From Phoronis australis (lineage: Eukaryota; Animalia; Phoronida): a stretch of DNA of 64,000 bases. Below, one piece after another: positions 27,461 through 38,900 of the stretch. The position numbers were made by a program, and so were the translations under genes. The notes below the pieces were generated by a model. The model saw only the letters and a program-made list of their open reading frames with translations. It made no database searches and was not told where the DNA came from. Each line of letters starts with the position of its first letter. Position 1 is the stretch's first letter. The stretch is from positions 45,501 to 109,500 of the forward strand of contig NMRA01000774.1 of the NCBI GenBank assembly GCA_002633005.1, written 5' to 3'.

Positions 27461-28608
27461 CACTGGGTTCACGAAAAACGCGGAATTTTAATTAAAAAGG
27501 AAAAATACCTTTAAAAAATGCGCCTGACTTAATGACACATAACTAAATATTAATAAATCAACATTTGAATCAAAACTATGCACTGGTGTTGTAATGTTCC
27601 AAACAGGTATCGGTATTGAAGGTAATTTCTACTCAGGTGGTTGTCGCAATCTTGCAATTTGTATACAAAAATGTTCAGCGCCAGAAAATTTTGTTGTACT
27701 AATCAACAGCAATAAGGTAGAAACGTCTTGTGTAAAAGTCTGGTGTTGATCGGTGTTGTGCCAGCTGAGATATACGGGCTCAAAGTGTGGCGAAATTGCA
27801 ATGCCGTGTTAACCTCTGACCCCTCTATACTTTATGCCTTAATGTTTTAACTTAGCGGCAGAGTTAATGAGTATTGTTTAACATCTTTGTAAAGCCGAAG
27901 ACTTGCTTTATTTAAAAATACAAACANATACCTTTAAAAAATGCGCCTGACTTAATGACACATAACTAAATATTAATAAATCAACATTTGAATCAAAACT
28001 GTGCACTGGTGTTGTAATGTTCCAAACAGGTATCGGTATTGAAGGTAATTTCTACTCAGGTGGTTGTCGCAATCTTGCAATTTGTATACAAAAATGATAA
28101 GCGCCAGAAAATTTTGTTGTACTAATCAACAGCAATAAGGTAGAAACGTCTTGTGTAAAAGTCTGGTGTTGATCGGTGTTGTGCCAGCTGAGATATACGG
28201 GCTCAAAGTGTGGCGAAATTGCAATGCCGTGTTAACCTCTGACCCCTCTATACTTTATGCCTGAATTTTTTAACTTAGCGGCAGAGTTAATGAGTATTGT
28301 TTAACATCTTTGTAAAGCCGAAGACTTGCTTTATTTAAAAATACAAACAAATAATGATTTCGTGCGCCGATATTTTTTATTGTGCAGTGCAAATAAGGCA
28401 TTTCCGGCGAGTTCATTGCATGGCATACCCCCAAAATAGAGGCTCCGTGATTTCTCCCACTTAAACAAGGTAAAATGAGATTGGACTTTACTGTTTTGTT
28501 TATCATCCCAAAGGTAACTAAAATACATAGTATGGTTCAAATCGGTGACATTGGGCTTATCACCCCTCTGGGCATTTTTGCCTGCTGTGCGCCGTACTTC
28601 ACTCTTAA

Positions 28609-29030
28609 GTGTTGTTTAACGAGACTTGATTTAGGAGGGCACGTGGATGACCAGTTCGTATGATCCCTTTCTCCTTTAGGTTATTTTCCTCCATGTCGGT
28701 TTGCATTTCTGCCTTTCTTGGTCGATTTCCTTTACCGAGCTTTTTCAGTTGCTTTAGTTGGGCTCGGAGGGCTTCGCGGGATGAGGGGAACTGCCAATGT
28801 TTTCTCTCTGTATACAGGTCAGTGTGTTCGTATTCGCTGCCATCCAATTTAGGCAGTCCCAGGAAGAAACTTGCAGTGTACCAGAAGAGAATCGAGATCG
28901 TTTTCTGCTATGTCTTCAGTGTTAACGTCTTTGCTTCTGGTGTCTCTTAGCCAATTTTCGAATGTTGCCATACCAAACTTGGTTTCATACTGTATTTAAA
29001 TTCCTTTTAGAAACGACGAAATCCGTAACA
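28609..29030 (-). pseudogene. Crypton tyrosine recombinase, N-terminal half
   Basis: KRNLNTV..TKFGMATFENWL...DLDSLL..KFFLGLPKLDGSEYE, then FPSSREALRAQLKQLKKLGKGNRPRKAE...EENNLKEKG...PRALLNQVSLNNT. Confidence 0.8.
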
Positions 29031-32000
29031 TCGTTGTCTGTCACAATTGCACCATATCTGTTTGTTTTGTTCTCATCTTTGCTAGACTCATCAAGGTCTA
29101 TGTCGTATTTTAGGTCAAATGGTACTATCTTGAAAAGCAAATAACAGCGACAGATGGAATAGTCGATCGAGGAATAGTGCTAACAGACGATTGCGTCAAA
29201 AAGCATACTCCATTTTACGTCACAATTTCCTGCAAATAGCTTATTAATCGCTGTAGATACTGTACATTGTATGCATCCATAACAAAAGGTTTTTGTTCAT
29301 TTGAATTAGATTTTTTGACTGATTTGTTGGCCGTGGACGCAGTTTAGTTTGACCTATTTTTGATGACCCAGCCTCCTGATCAACGTGGGTCGAAATTTTC
29401 ATCTGTAAATCTTTACTATCTTTAGAACAGTAAAAACTTCTTTTTCAGAAGTGACGTCTTCGATCAATAATTTAGGTAAGCCAAATGGTCGATCCCAATC
29501 AAGTTTTGCGTTGTAGACTCAACTTACTGCATCAGAAGACTGCACAGCCACCGTTGTATATGATTTCTACCGTTATATACAGATTGGCTTGACTTTCTCG
29601 TATTTCACATTTAATTATATGACGTACCGTGGCATACAATATCCTTATTTTCACAAAAATGGGGTAATGCGAAATCAAACTCGTTTTCTCGCAGGACAAA
29701 AGTGTAGGCCCACAACGTGACAACGAATTTGACACATTTGCACAAGCCTGTACGTTATGCCGACCAACCATCATTTCTGACTCCCTTAGCCCTATTACCT
29801 TAAACCTGCTCAAACTTATAGTTTAAACTACATAGATTACGAGCTCACCTTTTGGTCAGGAACAGACAATTTAACGTTCTTCTGGCCAATTTCTCGCTAG
29901 CATAATGAATTTTAATTTCCTTTCAATTGTCAAGTCCTACGTGTACGTGTAGCTCCTGGCGCGAAAAAACGTGTTCCAAACAAATGCACCTTTACGGTAA
30001 CAAAAACGCGTTCGTGCCCCTACCCAAGTACATTTACACGCTAGCAGCGTATTTGTAGTGTCCCTATGCACCAATAGGTGTCACTGTACGTTAAGCGGCC
30101 TTCCGGTCAACCATGTTTTATTGAATATAGAAGCACGTTTTAAAAACACAACAAATTTTTATTATAATTGTGATCAACTCGCAATTCCACAGTATTCTTC
30201 ACTGAGAAAACCTAATCACGAGCACAGCTTTTGTTGCTAACTGAATGTTAGTTTCCACGTGCAAGGCTATGAACGTTGTGTGAGGTTATTCAACATGATG
30301 GCAATTTTGATTCACTTTAGCGCAAAGTTAGGGAAACCCACAAGCGTTTTATTACCTTTCACGACGTTTCTACTAGACACAGGTTTCATGTCTAGGTTAT
30401 GCCAGGGAACCGGGATATTTTGTGAGTTACACAATGTATGAGCTTAGCAAATGAAACACGTACAACTTAGAAACCTCTGGGAGTGATTGAACGGAGTTAG
30501 GCAGGTTGCTTTGCAGATTATTATTAGCATTCCTTTCTACAATCAATCACGGAATCAAAAGACGCCGCCACCAGCACAGAGCTTGCAGACTTTGGGACAA
30601 ATCGTCGCAGTGCAAGCCACGTGTCGTTCATCTCTACAATCGCCTTTACGATCCTAGTAGTGACTGTTTGTGTTGTTGTTCTTTAACCTGCGTAATGGAA
30701 TTGAATATGGTAAACATTGTTGATGACGCCATATCACTAATAAATTGCACGTGCATGTAAAATACCTTAAATCTTACATATATAAGTTTAGCCAGAAACC
30801 TGTATTGTGATTTTCAGTTCCGAAGTGCTCAGATAAAGTTAAGAGGTACTAAATAAATCGACAGTTCCTCCTTAAATAATCTTCAAACAATGGTGTAACA
30901 CATAGATAGTTATACTAATAGAAAAGTAAGTGGGATCAAACGCAGTGAAACACTGCGACATTAGCGTAAAAATGAATTGCAAATGCAGCTAAAACTTCCA
31001 AGGGTTCTCTGGCAACCTGACTAAAACTGTATTTTATGGTAGACTTTAAGATGTTTGGTAGTTTTTAATCGCAAATCTCCTTGTAATATACTTGTGTATG
31101 TTACAGGTAGCAGGCTAGGCTCAATGTGTGAATACAAGCGAGTTTGTGAAGGCAAAAGACCACCATCACACCTTTACATGTAAGTGGGATGGTCGTAGCG
31201 TCCACCTACAGGTACCGTACATCTGACAGGCAATCACAGGGGCAGGGTTCATCAGAGCCTAAAATGTCGAGCCTAATAAAACTTGCAATAAAACAAATCC
31301 TATAGAAATCCGTGGGAGACAATGTCGAATCTGGTAAAGCACTGTAAAATCTGGAAAATACTTATTAAAAAACTAACTATCAAGCCGAATGACAGGTAGG
31401 AAGATAAATTCTGCGAAAGGCTGTATTTTGGCACACATTCTCGACAAGATAGTAAACATTTTTAACAAAAGTTTGTCGAACATATGCACATTAGGATGCT
31501 ACCTGTTGTAGCTGCAATGCCAAAATGAACCAGAATAAAGCACCGGATTCATGCGAATAGAGAAAAAGTAATTTAATGAAAGTAGTCAGTAGCATATGTG
31601 GAGCCCAGAGTGTCCGTAGTGTGGTAGTGACGTAAAATCCCCTAAACATCTGGTAGATTTTTGCCGAGCTTTCTATAGTCTATGGAGAAACCTACTGGAT
31701 GGCACTGTTACATCTACATGCCTACAACAAATACTGCATGGCAACAAATGGAAAGATTTTTCCGTTTTGTTAAAGGAGACTGGCAGACGTGAAAACTTCC
31801 TTTACGAAGAATCATAATGGGGCACCGCAAACGACATCAGGCCACCTGCACTGTTTTTTCTGACAAAAAACAAACTGTTACACTGCGACATTAGAAAAAA
31901 CACATAGCTGATAATCGTTCGTAAGTCTGGCAAACGGTTCAAAAAGTGTTTTATGGTGCATGTTAGGATGCTTTGTGTTTCACCATTGCTAATCTAGCAT

Positions 32001-32847
32001 TGATGCTACAGGCGACAGGTTGTACTGCATGACTGCAAGACTAACGCTGACTTTGTATAGTCGACAAACCGCCTTCGCCACAGTAAGTGGAATGATCGTA
32101 TTTCCAACCTGCATCACAAAGGTAAAGTTGACCAGCGCTGCAATGGTCCCGCATGTGTAAAAGGTCGCAATGTAGCTGTAAGGTATTCAACTATCCTGAC
32201 TAAATTTAAATGTCATTTTCGACTTTCCTAACTCACTAGTTAAAATTGACATGTATCAAAACCGGATAAAATGAGACAATGAAAATACTGGTGAAATCAC
32301 CGCGAGGTGGCCTGATCGTATTGTCTACCTACGTCCATGGCCTAATCAAGTAGTCCCATATTTATAAAAGATCGCAACAAAACAATTCACCCTTTGCCGG
32401 TGGCAAGAAAGAACCCCGGAAGGACTCAACTATAATCTCTAAATGTGCAAGACGTTTGTCGATTTTAAAATTCACTGTTTAAAACTGCCATTAAAAACCC
32501 AGATTTTGATTCTATTGGTTGCGGCCCTTCATCAGGTACAAAGTAAAATTGGGCGAAAAGGTTTTCTATACCACCCAGACGAAAAAATATGAAGGAAAGA
32601 GACGAGAGAAAATGAAAACATGAGGAGAAATGGGAATATTTTGAGGTAGTGGCTCAATTGGTCCATGTGATGAATGACTTTTACCTAATTTTAAAGCGTT
32701 AACTAATCATTATATTCTCCTATCACTACGTTGCTCTTATTGCTTTACTTTGTTGTGCACGCCTCTTTGTCTTGTGACATTTGCTTATGGTAGGAGATTA
32801 AACGTCATTGCAATGCTAGATTTTCACGATATAGAATTTTAACTCAC

Positions 32848-32961
32848 CTTAACAAAGCTTGCAGGCTTTAGTGCAATTTTTCTTCATGTATTTCGTGTAT
32901 ATTCGTGTACAGTACCCTGCCATTGCCCAATCTCCACAACTTCGGTGTCGGTTCTTGCAAT
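32848..32961 (-). CDS. ShK domain exon 3, terminal coding exon (stop TAA at 32849-32851)
   Basis: GCAG|(D)[37 protein letters not shown]|GTGAGT. 114 bp with six Cys in ShK spacing. Confidence 0.9.
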
Positions 32962-35900
32962 CTGCGTTATCTTAAAGAAATTCGGTGAAAATTGTTCCTG
33001 AAGTCATTTCACAAGTAAAGTGCTTCAATTGTAAGTATTACGTATACAAGTTCGAGCCATAAATCACACATTGTAATTGTATTGTAAATTTCAGTTTGGA
33101 GTGCTGGAATGCAAATAAATGTCGAAAACTAATAATCGCTAATTTGTCGTTGAATTATTTAACTTCAAACATTAATGTAATAGCATTACGAATTGTGCAA
33201 AAGGAAAACAAGTGAAGCAAAAGCACACTTACATTGCGGAATTAGCATGCATCATTAGTTATTAATGTACATAAATCCTGTAATGATAATCAGACAACCG
33301 CCGCCAGAAAGTGTAGTATGATAGAAATTAAGATGCTTTGGGATTTTAATTACGAACCTACATGCTACATGCAGCAGGTTACACTTCTTGAGTGACTAAC
33401 AACGACATTTTAGAGGCGAGAGATGATCAGAACACCAGAAAGTGGGCTGATGGTACTCTTCATCTGCGGCTACGGGACAATCACATGTCGCGCATAGGTA
33501 AAAGCTTGCAACAAAACGAATCATACCATAACCCTTGGTCGATAGCAAGAAACGCCCCCGGTAGGGAGTCAGGTATGCTTTCTAAATGTGCAACACGTTT
33601 GAGTGCATTGCTTATTAACTGGCTGAAAGTTCCATGCGTCGAGATTTGATAAAAAGAGACAGTGTAGAGCTTGATAAAGGATTGTAAAATATTTATATTC
33701 TTACAAAGTAAACATTCAATTTTCGAGCCTATTGGCTGCGACACTTCATCTGGTATTAATACAAATCACGGGAAAAGTTATCGTATATCAGCTTGTCCAA
33801 TTAATGATGAAAGAAAGACACAAGAGAAAATGAAAATGGGAGAAGATATGGGAATTCTGAAATGTATACTAGCTCATGTGACCTACGTAAAAGTATTTTT
33901 ACCGCAAATTAATACGCTTCACTAGTTACTCACTAACTAGTGTTATATTTAAAATCACTATGCTGTACACGTACATGAAGTACAAATTGTTTTATTTTCA
34001 TTGGGAGCACCTACCTGTAAATGCCTTATGACATTTACAGTATGAGATTAAGCGTGCAATGCAAGTTGTTCATGATATAGAATATTAACTCACCTCCACA
34101 TAAATTGCAGGCTTTGGGACAATTTTCCTTCATATAACTCCCGTGTTTTCCTGTACAGTAGCCTGCGTCTGCCCAATCATTACACTCTTGGTTTTGGTTC
34201 TTGCAATCTGCGAAATTTAAAGGAATTCGGTGAAAATTGTTCCTGACGCCATTTAACAAGTAAAGTGCAGCTTCAATTGTAAAGATCACGTATAAAAGTT
34301 CTTTCCAAAATCAGTGCATTGTTAATTTCAGTTTTGAGTCCTGTAATGAACTTAAATGTTGATAACTGATCTTCGCTAATTTTTCCTTGAATTATTTAAC
34401 ATCAAACATTATTGTAATAGGTCATGTAACCTACGTAATAAACATCTTTTAACCGCAACTTAAAACGTTTTACCAGTTACTTACTAACTAGTGTTATATT
34501 TTATATCACTGTACACGCAGCTACTCTGTATTTATTTTCATTGGGATCACCTACTTCTAGTTGTATTTCGATATTTTCTAGTAGTATGAGATAAAGCGTC
34601 TTCGTATTGCTAATTTTTCACGATATAGAATTTTAACCCACCTTCACAAAGCTTGCAGGCTTTGGGACAATTTTTCTTCATGTAGACCGAGAATTCTCCT
34701 TTACAATACCCTGTGTCTGCCCAGTGTCGACAGAATTCGTGATGGTTCTTGCAATCTGCATGATTTAAAGGAATTTGGTGAGAACTGTTCCTCACGACAT
34801 TTCACTAATAAAGTGCTTGGGATTTAAATAAAATATACGCATGTAAGGTCTAGCCATCAATCATCTGTATTGTGAATTTAAGTACTGAAGTGCTGAGAGG
34901 AAGTTAAATTTTAAAAATGAAAACTCTGTATAACTTTTCATAAAATTAACTTAATACCTACAATGTCTGCAAAAATGAAAATTAAGCCAAACTAAACACA
35001 CTGTTACACTTCGACATGATTATTTTTTATCAATATTATTATTATATATAATATACGTGTAAGGGCTACTGTTATCCCACGATCTTCTCAAAAACCGCCG
35101 CTCATAATTCGCTCAGGCAGATATCATTGAAACTGTATTCGCTTCTTAAAGTGAAGCTTCTAATCACTTTTATTCGATAGTCGACCGCTTTTAATGACGT
35201 GGAGGCTCAATCGAGTGTTTTGCATTCTGCGACCAAGCGTCATGACGTCATGAACGATTGTATTCGAAACGCTGTTTACAGCATGGTAAGCCCCAAACTT
35301 TTGTGGGAGGGGGGGTCATCGAGTTGTCGTTTTATCACTCCAGTTGATCATTTGCGTCACGGATAGCCCATTACAGTTTGAAGGGTGGCCAGACTATGAT
35401 TTTGGGTCATGGTTGGTAAGGTGAACTTGACTTTTTTCGACTCACACATGATCAGCGGTGTAGCAAGTCGGGGTGAGGGAACGGCAGCGGCTCCCAGGAG
35501 CCAGCGGAAGGGGGCGGCCGAGAGGGGCCGAAATGGGCGCCCGGGTGCACCAAACAAGTGGAGACCGGAAGTGGGGGTGCCGTCGACTGGGGCATTGACA
35601 GAAATTTGTAACATGTACTGCGCATATGCTAAATCTTGCCAGCAGCCCCCCATAAGTAATTCACAGGAAAGACTTATCAGAAATTTGAAAACGATTGGAG
35701 ATATCTACACAATTTGCCCATAGCATGTCGAAGAGTTTAGACTTGTTATTGCTAAGTAACTGTGTCACTGGTGAAAAGTTTTACCCGTCTCTTAAGGTTT
35801 GAAGTTCGCCCCATTCATGGCTATGTTAACGAAGGTCTGGAAACCAATGTTTGAGCGTACAGCTCATTTTTAATTCAAGTTTTTGATGGAATACGTTTCG

Positions 35901-38900
35901 CCATCGAGTTTGCCCATAAGCTAGATGACAACCAGGGGTATACTGAGGTTGATGATCCAAATTTCAAACAATTTTTCCGCAACATTTTCCACGTCTCTTG
36001 TGCTAGGAAAACGGATTCACGTGCTGTACAATGATGCGAGAAGTGTTACCGACCGCCTGGTTGTCTTGCGAGCAAGTTGGCACTCTGTTGAGTAGAGATT
36101 AGCTCGCAGTCTGTATGAGCTGTTGTATCCATTTTCTAATACGGGATGATCTCATGAATACTTTGGAAGTAGGAAAAAGTTAAAATGCATGCATAATTTT
36201 ACATTTATCGGCTGTAAGTGGATAAGTTTAAGGTATCTCCAAAAATTGACTTCGTTTTTGTGATCCACAATTTGTACCCCTGTAAACAACAGTGATTTTT
36301 TCACGATTAAATGTTTTACACTTGTTATTATAGCTAGTGTATCAGAAAAAGGTGAACATAACTACTACCGTGTCACAGTTGGTGGCTTGATCAGACAACA
36401 ATTAAGGAACAGTAATGCGTTAGCTACCTTATCGTAGCAGGTTTTAATATCTGCGTTGTCCTTCGTCTTATTTTTACTATCAATGACATAGGAATGGATT
36501 CCGCGCAGAAATAGGTATTGGCAAAAATCTGAAGATTAATAATGAAAGCGTTCGGAGGAGCGACCCGTGGAAAAATTGACTGAAAAGACGACAATGGTGA
36601 TAATAAGAATGATGATGATGATTATTATTATTATTATTATGATGATGAGGACCTAATGACGACTGAAGATGTACCAAAATGAGTAGGAAACATAGCTTTA
36701 ATCATTGGAGGGAAAACCAACAAATGTGGAGCAAAATGAGTCAACAATGGAGGAGCGTCCTCAAANCTGTAAACAACAGTGATTTTTTCACGATTAAATG
36801 TTTTACACTTGTTATTATAGCTAGTGTATCAGAAAAAGGTGAACATAACTACTACCGTGTCACAGTTGGTGGCTTGATCAGACAACAATTAAGGAACAGT
36901 AATGCGTTAGCTACCTTATCGTAGCAGGTTTTAATATCTGCGTTGTCCTTCGTCTTATTTTTACTATCAATGACATAGGTATTGGCAAACATCTGAAGAT
37001 TAATAATGAAAGCGTTCGGAGGAGCGACCTGTGGAAAAAATTGACTGAAAAGACGACAATGGTGATAATAAGAATGATGATGATGATGATGATTATTATG
37101 ATGATGATGAGGACCTAATGACGACTGAAGATGTACCAAAATGAGTAGGAAACATAGCTTTAATCATTGGAGGGAAAACCAACAAATGTGGAGCAAAATG
37201 AGTCAACAATGGAGGAGCGTCCTCAAACAAAATTTTGTAAATTCAAAAAACGAGACGACCCTGAGAAAAATGGAAAATATCTTCTGAAAGCCCTGATCAG
37301 GCTCCGAGCCACTGGCCAGGATAACAAGCGTTTTGTGTTTAGAACTCAGAAAATCACAAGTCTAAACAAAATAGATCTAGGTTCTCCTGTCTGTATCTCG
37401 CCGATAATACTTCGAAATTATCTCCGAACACACCCCAAACTCGTGCTACGGACCTTATTGGCCTGCCGAACTTTGTAGGCTACGGTGTGTCCAAATACCA
37501 ATAAATCCGTAAGAGCGAAATAAAACAACACGTTTTTGTAAGAACTCGGTTTAATTTTTAAGGGTTTTACATAGAAGGTTGATGATTTATTGGTGCTAAA
37601 CGATGACTCCAAGCGATAAGCTGACACCAGTAACCCGTGTTGTGAACTGCTGAACAGAACGCGTGTGAAACCGATGACGTAATTGAATAATTTCAACACC
37701 TCCGTCTGCCGTCAGGTGTCAGGTAACGCAACCGCCGCACATGTCGTTATGGAGTAGAACTACTCGGTCTAAATTGGTACAAATTAGGTTGTTTTGTAGG
37801 TGGCATGCTCCTTTAAGTTCAATGGTGTACAGAAGTGATTAATTTCGCCAGGTTAGTGCAATAAATATTCTTGTAGGACACTGCTGTTATGAAATGGAAA
37901 GGTGCGCCCGGAGTCAGATACTGTACATAGACATTGGATATGTTAGATAAGACAACGAGCTCATTGTTTAAATAACTATACAGTGGCCTTGTTTTTCTTG
38001 CAGTTCACTTTAATAATTATTTTGTAAAAAATTCTCTAAAATAATTCTTACAAACGCAAGTCCTGAAGGCGTCTAGAAAACTCCAACTGACATAGTATAC
38101 GCGAGATGTTTTTCGCATTTTCATTGGAAACATGATAACTTTCAAGCGAATACAGTTTTGCAAAACACTTTACTTAAAAAAGATAGAATAGATAAGCGCG
38201 GTGGAATCAATAGAAATTTTTCTCGCATAGTAGAGAGCACACGATTTGTCAGTGCGCTGATTGGTCAACACTGGAAGATGACGTAGTGCATCATATACTG
38301 TAGCGGCATCACACGGAAGGTCTAGTTCATGAATTGCTGGTAATGAGCCGTGTATGTCAAAAATTGCGGCCTCTTTGAGCATTTAAATCTGAATTCGAAA
38401 ACAAAATTCAGTCACGCCCGCCATCTTGAATCTGATTATGACAAAGAACCATTGACTTCGAGCGCTTCCGGAGCTGAAGGTCGTGTATGAATTTCATTTG
38501 AATCAGACAAAAAATTTGACCTTTAAAGTGCGAACAAACAAATGAAAGATCTTGGATAAGCGTCACTTGGTGAAATTGACGGATAAGAAAATGGATATGA
38601 AAATACTAATGACGATTATGGAGACGGTGTCGATGATGAACATGATGATATCAATCAAATGACGAATGAATATGTCAGAAATGAGTAAGGAATATATGTT
38701 TGTTCATTAGAAGATACTGAACATGTAAACCAACAAAAGTGCAGCAAAATCAGTAAACAAAGGAACAGCGTCATCAGATAATCTCGAATAATTCAAAACT
38801 GAGATGTTTAAGGAAAAACGGAAAAGATCTTCAGAAAGCTCTTCCCCACGTCTATCCAACAAATTAGTTTCAAAAAATGCCACAAAATTTTGCATTGTTT

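Larger units (their letters stand above)
24212..28604 (-). mobile_element. Sola3-like DNA transposon (4.4 kb as assembled) inserted into the Crypton gene
   Basis: TTAA(24208-24211)|GAG...CTC|TTAA(28605-28608). Subterminal CAGAGGGTGATAAACGCTATGTCAC matches GTGACATTGGGCTTATCACCCCTCTG as an inverted repeat. The Crypton reading frame continues on both flanks. Confidence 0.7.

Noticed and set aside
27504-28350. Near-perfect 423-bp tandem duplication
   Set aside because: The copies are joined by a single N at 27927. Most likely an unmerged contig overlap of two haplotypes rather than a real duplication.
32515-32540. CTGATGA on the - strand as a third hammerhead
   Set aside because: No stem II closure or GAAA box follows it.
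36280-37228. About 480-bp tandem duplication giving two His-rich ORFs ([13 protein letters not shown]...)
   Set aside because: Joined at N 36766, with allelic-type indels between copies. The His/Asn runs are only the translated ATG/ATT microsatellite.
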